Positions 51,737 to 60,176 of a stretch of DNA of 64,000 nucleotides are shown here, in pieces (position 1 is the stretch's first letter; the number at the start of each line of letters is the position of its first letter). The DNA lies in assembly GCA_958296135.2 (NCBI GenBank), contig CATQHZ020000001.1, positions 384,001 through 448,000 of the forward strand, in the 5' to 3' direction. Position numbers and translations under genes: made by a program. The notes under the pieces are model-generated. The model made no database searches and was not told the DNA's origin. It saw only the letters and a program-made list of their open reading frames with translations. Source of the stretch: an uncultured Poribacteria bacterium. GTDB lineage: Bacteria > Poribacteria > WGA-4E > WGA-3G.

Positions 51737-52165
51737 CGGTAGGAGGGACATCCCTGTCCCTATCCCGTGTCAGTAGGCGGGACATCCCTGTCCCGATACT
51801 GATGCCGGTAGGCGGGACATCCCTGTCCCGATACCGATGCCGGTAGGCGGGACATCCTTGTCCCGATACCGATGCCGGTAGGAGAAATCGAGACGCGGGA
51901 GGTCTCTCCTACGGGTTCGTTACCATGCCCGAATCTTCGACAATTCTGTCTGCTTGGTGCACAACCCTGCATAGGTGCCCTCTTTGGCAAGCGGGACATC
52001 CCTATCCCGATACCGATGCCGGTAGGCGGGACATCCCTGTCCCTATCCCGTGTCAGTAGGCGGGACATCCTTGTCCCGATACCGATGCCAGTAGGCGGGA
52101 CATCCCTGTCCCGATACCGATGCCGGTAGGAAAAAATCGAGACGCGGGAGGTCTCTCCTACGGGT
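51737..52165 (+). repeat. REP array (about 35 bp period) containing a 249 bp-offset duplication
   Basis: GGTAGGCGGGACATCCCTGTCCCGATACCGATGCC units; 51888-51992 is identical to 52137-52241. Confidence 0.9.
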
Positions 52166-52168
52166 TCG

Positions 52169-54598
52169 TTACCATGCCCGAATCTTCGACAATTCTGTCT
52201 GCTTGGTGCACAACCCTGCATAGGTGCCCTCTTTGGCAAGCAGCTCCTGATGCGTGCCGATTTCGTCAACTTCGCCATCTTTGAGGACGACGAGCCGGTC
52301 GGCATATTTGAGCGTCGACAACCGGTGTGCGATGGCAAAAACGGTGCGTCCGCGCACGAGGCGTTCTAACGCTTCCTGAATCTTGGATTCTGTCTCGGTG
52401 TCCACAGAAGAAGTTGCCTCGTCTAGGATGAGGACGCGCGGGTTTTTCAGAATCGCCCGTGCGATGGAAATCCGTTGGCGTTCGCCGCCGGAGACGCGTG
52501 CGCCGCGCTCGCCTACCATCGTGTCGTAGCCATCGGGGAATTTGATGATAAAATCGTGCGCGTTCGCCGCCTTCGCCGCCGCAACAATCTCGTGCCGCGT
52601 CGCACCGGGCTTGGAGTAGCCGATATTCTCCGCGATTGTGCCTTGGAACAGGAACGGGTCTTGTAGCACCACGCCGACTTGTTGCCGCAGTGCCTTCACC
52701 TTAATATCCTGAATGTCGTGCCCATCAATCTCTATAGTGCCATCGCTGGCATCGTAGAAACGGGTGATGAGATTGATGAGCGTGCTTTTCCCGGCACCGC
52801 TGTGCCCTACCAATCCAATCATCTCGCCGGCTTCCGCGCGGAAACTGACACCGTTCAGTGCGTTCTTCTCGGTATCGTAAGAGAAATAGACATCTTTGAA
52901 CTCAACAGTGCCTTGCACCTTCTCCAATGCGACAGCCTCCTTTTTATCTGCGACACTCGGCGGTGTATCAAGGATTTCAAACACCCGGTCGGCGGAAGTC
53001 GCCGCGCGCACGAACCGTTCGTTCATCTGGCACAGGGTGTAGACGGGCCTGAAGAACCGCTGCATAAAACCCTGGAACATGAACAGTTCGCCCAGCGTGA
53101 GTTGGGCGTTGAATATCTGCTGTCCGCCAACGAAGTAAATGATGATGGTACCGGAGAAGAGGATGAATTCCATGATAGGACGGAAAAGTGTATACAGTTT
53201 CGCCGCGTTCATCTCACCGTGGAAGACCTGGTAGGTGTACTCGTTAAAACGGCTGACTTCGTGGCGTTCCCGCGCGAATGCCTTGACGACGCGCACGCCG
53301 GGAATCGTGCTCGCCAGCAGCGTGCTGATGTTGGCATACCGTTTCCATAACACGCGGAAAACCTTGCTCATCTTGTGTCCAAAAAAGATGGTGAAGAAGA
53401 TGAGACACGGGATGGGAATTACAGCCCAGAGTGCTAACTGCCAATTCGCAGAGAACATAAACATGGCGATAAAGATAAGCGTCAGCGAATCGCCGATGAT
53501 GTCCTGTAACCCATTGGCGATGAAGTCACGCAGACGGGAGACATCTTCGGTAATCCTCGACATCAGGTTGCCGGTCTCGCGTTCTTGATAGAAATCGAGT
53601 GAGAGCGCGTTGAGATGTTCGTAGGTTTCGTTGCGAAGCCGCCGGGTGACGTTCTGTCCCACCCATGCCATCATATAGCCGCGGATCGCCGATGTCGCCA
53701 TCGTGAAGACGTTGACTCCCGCCATTAAAATGACAAGGAAGACGAGGTGTCCCCATCCGCCTGAGGTTGGCGTGGCGGCAAACCAGCTCCCTAGCCAGTT
53801 CATGAAACCTTCTAGGTGGCCCCAACTCGTTTCTGCAATCGGCTCTCCGTTTGCCACAGCCTGAGCAACCGGGGTGAGGACGTTATCTATCATCTGCGGT
53901 TTGAGAATCTCAGGGTAAAGTGAGACGAACCGGATGACCATCATCAATGCGAGTGCTGGCAAGACGACGTACCAGAACGGGAACGCATATTTGATGAGCC
54001 GGAAAATCAGTTGTCGCTTTTCAACGCAGTGAACGCAGACACCAGACCAGCTCGGAATCGGACGGCCGCACGTTTCACACTTATCCTTGTTTTTGCCAAT
54101 GCCTCTCGGTTTAGGGTGCCCTTTTCCGTTATCTGCATTGGGATTCGCAGTCACCACGAGTTTCTCAAGTTCCGGGGTTGCCAGGTCGAATTTAGGTGCG
54201 ACGCGGCGAGAGTAGCGCGCCACCTCCATGGCGTTGTCGGATGTCCGAACCTTGAGGATGTTATTGCCGTGCATCTCCACGACATCAACAGTCTCAACGG
54301 CGTTGAGTGCGATTTCGCGAAGTTCGTGCTCGGGTGCCCCGTTCTGGTTAAAAGCGATGAGGCGACTCTCCGTAGCAATTAGCCAATCTTTGCCGTAGTT
54401 TCCATCAAACCGCAAGTCGGTTGAGAGGGAAACCTTAATTTCCTCCCCGTCTGAAAGTAGTGCCTTCGCCCGTTTCTCCAAACTTTCGGGCAGTTCTTCG
54501 GTTGTGGTTAATTCTTCGTCTGCTTGCTTCTCGAAGTGTGCGCGTCCGTAAGAATGTCGCTTACTCATCCGGTAGAGTTCGCGCCGCGAGTCTCGCAT
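52169..54598 (-). CDS. ABC transporter, fused permease/ATP-binding, with an N-terminal extension
   Basis: GHSGAGKST, SGGERQR, ILDEAT and AHRLST motifs, TM domain, CxxC...CxxC knuckle; GGAGG RBS. Confidence 0.93.
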   Translation of the reverse strand: MRDSRRELYRMSKRHSYGRAHFEKQADEELTTTEELPESLEKRAKALLSDGEEIKVSLSTDLRFDGNYGKDWLIATESRLIAFNQNGAPEHELREIALNAVETVDVVEMHGNNILKVRTSDNAMEVARYSRRVAPKFDLATPELEKLVVTANPNADNGKGHPKPRGIGKNKDKCETCGRPIPSWSGVCVHCVEKRQLIFRLIKYAFPFWYVVLPALALMMVIRFVSLYPEILKPQMIDNVLTPVAQAVANGEPIAETSWGHLEGFMNWLGSWFAATPTSGGWGHLVFLVILMAGVNVFTMATSAIRGYMMAWVGQNVTRRLRNETYEHLNALSLDFYQERETGNLMSRITEDVSRLRDFIANGLQDIIGDSLTLIFIAMFMFSANWQLALWAVIPIPCLIFFTIFFGHKMSKVFRVLWKRYANISTLLASTIPGVRVVKAFARERHEVSRFNEYTYQVFHGEMNAAKLYTLFRPIMEFILFSGTIIIYFVGGQQIFNAQLTLGELFMFQGFMQRFFRPVYTLCQMNERFVRAATSADRVFEILDTPPSVADKKEAVALEKVQGTVEFKDVYFSYDTEKNALNGVSFRAEAGEMIGLVGHSGAGKSTLINLITRFYDASDGTIEIDGHDIQDIKVKALRQQVGVVLQDPFLFQGTIAENIGYSKPGATRHEIVAAAKAANAHDFIIKFPDGYDTMVGERGARVSGGERQRISIARAILKNPRVLILDEATSSVDTETESKIQEALERLVRGRTVFAIAHRLSTLKYADRLVVLKDGEVDEIGTHQELLAKEGTYAGLCTKQTELSKIRAW

Positions 54599-54985
54599 AA
54601 TCAAACCTCCACAGCAGTCTTCGTCATCGGTATGGGCACGCCAGTTTTCATCGGTATTCCGTTTCCTGGGATGTCCCTCCTACCGGGAGAGGGCCCGCGG
54701 CACCGGAAAACGAAAGGGTTCTGGTAAACGATGCCCTAAATTAGTTTATTTAACGAAAAAGTTGAGAAAAGGTTGAAAAAAATTACAAAAACCGTGGAAA
54801 ATCCTGCGAAACAGCAATTAACCGATTATTTTTTTAATCTTCATCTGATCTTGATTTATTTGAGTTCATGCGAGCTCAAACTACAGAGGTGAGACAACTA
54901 AATGTCCCTGGTCAAGCAATTTAAAAGGCCCACAATTTCGGAAATGATGTTATGATATGCATCAGATTTTAATGTCCACAGTGAG

Positions 54986-56803
54986 GTGAAGAATTTGAGC
55001 ATTGTTGTCCATGTCACGCACGAAGCCATCCAGAAAATGGGTGGCATCGGCGCAGTTTTAGAAGGGTTGCTTGCTACCCATACCTACAAAGCAGCTATTG
55101 AACGCACGTTCCTTATCGGCCCGCTTTTCCCCGGCGCAGATTTGAGCGGCTTGGATACCGTCCTCTATCACGCCGCCGAAGGCATCACGGCAACGCCCCA
55201 CGCCGACGCGCTCAGCGGTATTGAGCAAACCTACGGCGTAGCTCTCGTCCACGGACAACGGCGGTTCGCGGACGAAAACCAGAATATCACGCTGCTCACC
55301 GACGTGATTCTGGTAGATGTCTCAAAGAGTTATGAACAACCCACATCCCTATTCAAGTGGGAGCTCTACGAACAGTTTCACATTGAATCGAGCCGCTATG
55401 AAAGCGAATGGGAGTTTGAGGAATACGTCCGGCTTGCCGAACCTGCGTATGACGCGTTGCGCGTGCTTCTTACCCAATCACCGCAAGGCACCGTAGCGCG
55501 AGGGCCTGTCCTTCTCGAACGCCAGAATCCCCCCAATGTCTTCATCATCTCGCACGAGTTTATGGGGATGCCGCTGGTTCTCAAAACGCTAATCGAGCGG
55601 CGGAAAGGCGATGAAGTTGCGGCGAAGATGCGCACTATTTTTTACGCGCACGAAGTCGCAACGATACGTCCTATTGTCGAGGGGCACCCTGGGCACGATA
55701 TTCGGTTCTATAATGTGCTGAGACACGCAATGTTGCAAGGTAAGTCCATCCGCGATGTGTTCGAGGATCCGTTTTGGTATTTCAAGCACGCGCTCATCGA
55801 CAAAGCGCACTTGTGCGATGCCATCTTCGCTGTGGGCGACCTGGTGGTGGACGAACTCCGCTTTCTGGCGAAGCCGTTTGAGGACTATCCGATTAACCTC
55901 GTTTACAACGGTATTCCGGCGTTTGAGGTGAATTTAGCGGAGAAACTCGCCTCGAAAGCGCGCCTCCAAGACTATGCGGAAACACTGCTGGATTACCGTC
56001 CCGATTACGTCTTCACGCACGTGACGCGGCTCGTCAAAAGCAAGGGGTTGTGGCGCGATTTGCAGGTGCTGACGCATCTCGATTCCCTGCTGGCCTCTAA
56101 TGACAAGACAGCGGTGCTGTTCATTCTGTCAACAGAAATTGCCACCGGCAGACCAAACGAGACGATTCATCAGATGGAGCGGGACTATGGCTGGCCCGTC
56201 TATCACAAAATCGGCTATCCAGATCTGGTTGGTGCTGAGATAGAACTCAACAACGGCGTTTCGGCGTTCAATCTCCACTCCAAAGCGATCAAAGTGGTGT
56301 TCCTCAACCAGTTCGGGTGGAGCCGCGCCACGTGCGGTGTCCGCATGCCAGCGGAAATGGAGTTTATGGATATCCGCAAGGGGAGCGATGCAGAATTCGG
56401 GCAGTCGATTTATGAGCCCTTCGGCATCGCGCAGGTGGAGCCGCTCAGTTTCGGTGCCATTTGTGTGGTGAGCAATGTCTGTGGGTGTTGCGGGTTTATC
56501 CAGCGCGCGACTGGTGAACGCGATGTCCCGAATGTCGTTATCGCCGATTATACGCACCTCGGCATTCCGCCGGATTCAATAGAGACGATTCTTCAATTCG
56601 GTTTGGCGGAACGGCACGAGATCGAGGCGGAGAATAGCCGCGATATTGCGGCGAAGCTTCTCGGCCGCTTGCCGCGTAAACCTCGCGATGTTGCGGAGAT
56701 GATTCAGGAAGGCTACGAAATTGCTTCGCGCATGAGTTGGGAGGTTGTGGTGGATGAGTATTTCTTGCCGGGTTTGCAACGCGCGCTGTCGGCGGGTGCT
56801 TAA
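54986..56803 (+). CDS. Glycogen synthase-like glycosyltransferase (GT3-like)
   Basis: HEAIQKMGGI, HEFM, NG, KG and SIYEPFGIAQVE (E-X7-E) motifs; contains an in-frame REP. Confidence 0.78.
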   Translation: MKNLSIVVHVTHEAIQKMGGIGAVLEGLLATHTYKAAIERTFLIGPLFPGADLSGLDTVLYHAAEGITATPHADALSGIEQTYGVALVHGQRRFADENQNITLLTDVILVDVSKSYEQPTSLFKWELYEQFHIESSRYESEWEFEEYVRLAEPAYDALRVLLTQSPQGTVARGPVLLERQNPPNVFIISHEFMGMPLVLKTLIERRKGDEVAAKMRTIFYAHEVATIRPIVEGHPGHDIRFYNVLRHAMLQGKSIRDVFEDPFWYFKHALIDKAHLCDAIFAVGDLVVDELRFLAKPFEDYPINLVYNGIPAFEVNLAEKLASKARLQDYAETLLDYRPDYVFTHVTRLVKSKGLWRDLQVLTHLDSLLASNDKTAVLFILSTEIATGRPNETIHQMERDYGWPVYHKIGYPDLVGAEIELNNGVSAFNLHSKAIKVVFLNQFGWSRATCGVRMPAEMEFMDIRKGSDAEFGQSIYEPFGIAQVEPLSFGAICVVSNVCGCCGFIQRATGERDVPNVVIADYTHLGIPPDSIETILQFGLAERHEIEAENSRDIAAKLLGRLPRKPRDVAEMIQEGYEIASRMSWEVVVDEYFLPGLQRALSAGA

Positions 56804-57034
56804 TCGTAGGCCGTGAAATCCCCCGCGCAACGGAAAAGCAGGGCGATCCCTACCGCTGAGTCACATAGCCACTTGCGCGCCGCGGTCGCCCGGTGTCTCT
56901 TTTTAAACGTAACATGCAGGGATGCCCCAATCCGGTCTGTTGGATAGAATGAAGTTCGGGTGAGGATGCTGAGAAAGCCGCCGCGAAAAAGCGACCAAAG
57001 TGACACTTTTTTTGCGTTTTGAAAGTGTCACTTT

Positions 57035-57247
57035 TTAAGGAGATGGCCGAGACCCCCTTTCGGTTGCGCACAATGCCACCGGTTGCATCGTGCGCCGTTC
57101 GTAGAACCACAGTCCAATTTCGGTTGCGACAGCGAGATGCACGCCATCCGGCGAAAACGCCATGTCTCGCACTATCCCGCGCCCTAGACGGGCAATCGCA
57201 CCTTCTGGAAGTGTCCATGTCGTTACTTCATTGCCGTTAATTTTCAT
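57035..57247 (-). pseudogene. Truncated, frameshifted WD40-repeat protein
   Basis: TTWTLPEGAIARLGRG..AFSPDG..LAVA; the frame shifts at a G run (GVSAIS continues in another frame) and the similarity is then lost. Confidence 0.72.
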
Positions 57248-57363
57248 AAGAGTCTCCTTCCTTTCGATGTGCGGGGACAGGCGTTGAGCCCTGTCCCTAC
57301 GCGATTGCGGCTTCCTATTGCCGAGTGTCTTGCGGAGAACCTTTTTCGGTTTAGCAAACATCT

Positions 57364-58347
57364 TCATCGTGCAACCGACGCTCGCGCTTTCAGTTTGCCC
57401 CAGGTTGTCACGAGGGAATCAGTAGGTTCAACGGGGTAGGTTTTATTCGCCCAGTCAAATAACCATACCAACCCATTAAGTGCCCGCAAAATCGGTTCGG
57501 GTTCGCCGCCTGCTACTGGCACAACGAAATTGCCTGTTGCCCGCAATTGCTCAATGTTTTGGATATCCACATTCGTATAGGAAGCATAGGCGATGTATTG
57601 TCCATCGGGAGACCAGGCTGGATGGAAATAGAGATAGTCTTTTCTCACCTGCAACATCTCTACGTCTGCATTCGGGTGCGGGGTAGTCACGGCAATGCCT
57701 TCTGTCCACAGCTGCGCGTTTCGCGCTACCGATGCACTAACGGCAATCTGTTTTCCATTCGGTGAAAAGGCAGGCTCGTCTGCATCCTCGGTAATTTTCC
57801 AAGATTCCATGGTAACCAGATTGAGGTGGATTAAGTTGGAGTCGCTGTCTTGAAACACGATTCGCTGTTCGTTTGGGTGCCAGCAAACCGAAGAAACGCC
57901 TTGAAAGGGTAACGTCTCGATTTTGGGAACGGGTTTCTCTACCTGATGCGCCTTGATGAGTTGTAAGTCCCCGTTTCCGTTGAAGACAACATCCCCGGTT
58001 TTTGAGATGTCGGCACTATCGCTCCAATCGAACCGGCCACGGGTTAAATTTTTGCCGGCTCTCCGTTTGCGCAAATCAAAGCGATAAATATCAATCTTCT
58101 CTAATTCTTCAGCGGCGACGAGCAGGTATCTATCGCCTTCTTGGACAGAGAGGCTGTGAATCTGTTCAAAGGTTCGGTTGAAAAGTTGCCGGGCGTTGGT
58201 GCCGTCTACGTTGGCAATCCAAACTTCGCCCCATTTGATGGGATGCACAAAGATAATCTCTCCCGCCGGTGCAGCGTGAAGCACCGTTGTGATGAAGAAC
58301 AGGAGAACGCTGAAAGAAAACAGGCAGCGCGGAATAAAACTATTCAT
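57364..58347 (-). CDS. Secreted TolB/PD40-like beta-propeller protein
   Basis: Signal peptide, PAFSPNG and PAWSPDG repeats, C-terminal PVEPTDSLVTTWGKLK. Confidence 0.82.
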   Translation of the reverse strand: MNSFIPRCLFSFSVLLFFITTVLHAAPAGEIIFVHPIKWGEVWIANVDGTNARQLFNRTFEQIHSLSVQEGDRYLLVAAEELEKIDIYRFDLRKRRAGKNLTRGRFDWSDSADISKTGDVVFNGNGDLQLIKAHQVEKPVPKIETLPFQGVSSVCWHPNEQRIVFQDSDSNLIHLNLVTMESWKITEDADEPAFSPNGKQIAVSASVARNAQLWTEGIAVTTPHPNADVEMLQVRKDYLYFHPAWSPDGQYIAYASYTNVDIQNIEQLRATGNFVVPVAGGEPEPILRALNGLVWLFDWANKTYPVEPTDSLVTTWGKLKARASVAR

Positions 58348-58612
58348 GGGTGCTCTCCCTTGCCTTATCCCACAACCCTTCCCCCACAACGAGAAGATAC
58401 CGGTCCCCTTCTTGAATGGACATCTCCAGGATAAAAAGCGGCGGATGAAAGAGGCGTTGCACATTGCGGCCATTGCCGTTGCTCCGCCAAATTCCGCCTT
58501 CCACCTGAGTAAAGATGATTTCCCCATCGGGAACAGCATTTACCGTGAAAGGCAAGAATAGGAGACAAACGTAGAGGAATTTCGGTGCGGTTCTGGCAAA
58601 ATTCTCTATCAT
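58340..58612 (-). pseudogene. N-terminal fragment of a paralog of 57364-58347
   Basis: GEIIF...IW....G.N...LF....IQEGDRYLLV matches the downstream gene; stops after about 90 aa. Confidence 0.75.
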
Positions 58613-58994
58613 AGTTAGTTGCGTTTGAGTTCCCATCCGAGAACAACTAGAAAGGGTTTGCAACTGGCCCATTTTCAATAAAGTCTAGTTTGCGGCAAAA
58701 CCAAGGAAGGATCTGCCGATTAGCAGCACGACTGCTAAAATTAAGATTCCTTGGTTTGACAATTTCAACTGTCTCATGATAACACTCCTTCTGTGTTAAA
58801 ATCAAACAAAATTAACTTGAAAACAGATTGACATCATGTCTCCTGCCGATTTTTAGAAGGACGCAGATCCAAAATGCACCCGGACCGCCCGAATAAAAAA
58901 AGATGAGGCGAGGAAAATCGTTCGGGAACTCTTGCAGAAATTGCCAATTTTTGGTAAGATGAGGGGCAAGGAAAACCGATTGGGAGGAAACTCG

Positions 58995-59837
58995 ATGAAC
59001 TCCAAGCAAACTCTAACCGATACCGCAATGCCGATGACACCGGATCAGAAGTTTTTCTTCGATCTGCGCGGCTGGATTCTGTTACCGGCCATCTTGTCTG
59101 AAGCAGAAATCGAAGAGATGAAAGCAGAAGTGTATGCGGGTGCTAGACAGAGTTATCAAGGCGCGCTCCAGCACTTACTCGATCATCCGGCCATCGTCGG
59201 CATTTTGAACGAGATTTTGTCTGAAGAACCTTTTGTCAGAGACGACTGTTACGGCTTCCGATGCGAAGGTTCGTTCACGACGGTGAGACATCCGGGATGG
59301 GACGTTTCCGAGCGCGGCGATAATGGGCTGCCGCACGTCGTCCGTCCGCCGCAACAAGCAAACGCGATGCGGTATCAGGTTGCGGGTGGAAAAATCTTTG
59401 CCGGTCTGACGCGCGTGGTGTGGGAATTGGAAGAGGTGAAGTCGGGACAAGGCGGCACCTCTTTCCTCAGCGGTTCGCACAAGGCCCATTTCAACTACGG
59501 TGGCCCGGATCCGTATCGGCCCAACATCGGCGGTTCGCCGTGGGAGGCGAATATGCGCGAGGCAATGGACGAATATAGTTGTCCGCCGGGCTCCGTGGTC
59601 ATTTTCACGGAGAGTCTTGTTCACGCGGCGAATGATTGGACGAATCCGGATAATCCGCGCTGCGCTGTGTTCAACTGCTACAACTCGATTTGGGCGCAGT
59701 GGCATCGGCTTAACCTGAGTCATGAGGTGGTAGAAACAATGCCGCCGAAGCGGCAGTCGTTGTTCCGTGGCACTTGGGCTATTGGTGGTGGGCCGGGTGG
59801 CAACAGCGCGTATTCGCTGGACAATCGGACGACTTGA
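58995..59837 (+). CDS. Phytanoyl-CoA dioxygenase family protein
   Basis: QKFFFDLRGW, LLDHP, GGTSFLSGSHK and GSVVIFTESLVH motifs; GGAGG RBS. Confidence 0.88.
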   Translation: MNSKQTLTDTAMPMTPDQKFFFDLRGWILLPAILSEAEIEEMKAEVYAGARQSYQGALQHLLDHPAIVGILNEILSEEPFVRDDCYGFRCEGSFTTVRHPGWDVSERGDNGLPHVVRPPQQANAMRYQVAGGKIFAGLTRVVWELEEVKSGQGGTSFLSGSHKAHFNYGGPDPYRPNIGGSPWEANMREAMDEYSCPPGSVVIFTESLVHAANDWTNPDNPRCAVFNCYNSIWAQWHRLNLSHEVVETMPPKRQSLFRGTWAIGGGPGGNSAYSLDNRTT

Positions 59838-59891
59838 ACCGTCCTGCGCCCTACGGAGGGGAGCATGCTTCAGGCAAAAACACCCCGGCCC

Positions 59892-60176
59892 CCGTAGCGC
59901 GAGGGCCCGGCGATCGCGAATCGCCGAGGGTTTCCCTCGCGAGCTCTCGACCGGGACGAAAACGCTTGCGAAGCGCGTTGCACGGCGAAGGACAAAACCG
60001 CGCACTACGGTGAAAAAAGGGGATCGGGGCTGTCTCTCGCGAACGGGGCATGGCGAGGGACAGTGGACATCTCTGCAGCGAGGCGGCAGAGATGACAAAG
60101 TTTCGGCGTAACGGCCCTCGCCCTACGGTGAATAGGCGGGACCCTAGCGGGCGAGGGACAAAACCGCGCACTACGG
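59892..60176. repeat. Cluster of at least four REP variants between convergent genes
   Basis: CCGTAGCGCGAGGGCCCGGCGATCGCGAATCGCCGAGGGTTTCCCTCGCG; GGACAAAACCGCGCACTACGG twice; composite element at 60047-60128. Confidence 0.85.

Noticed and set aside
51760-52338. 192 aa and 85 aa ORFs across the REP array
   Set aside because: They are translations of repeats overlapping the ABC gene end, with no RBS or family motifs.
51190-54598. Cyanophycin system
   Set aside because: The ABC plus DUF1854 pair resembles the one found near cyanophycin synthetase genes elsewhere, but no cphA or cphB is in the window.
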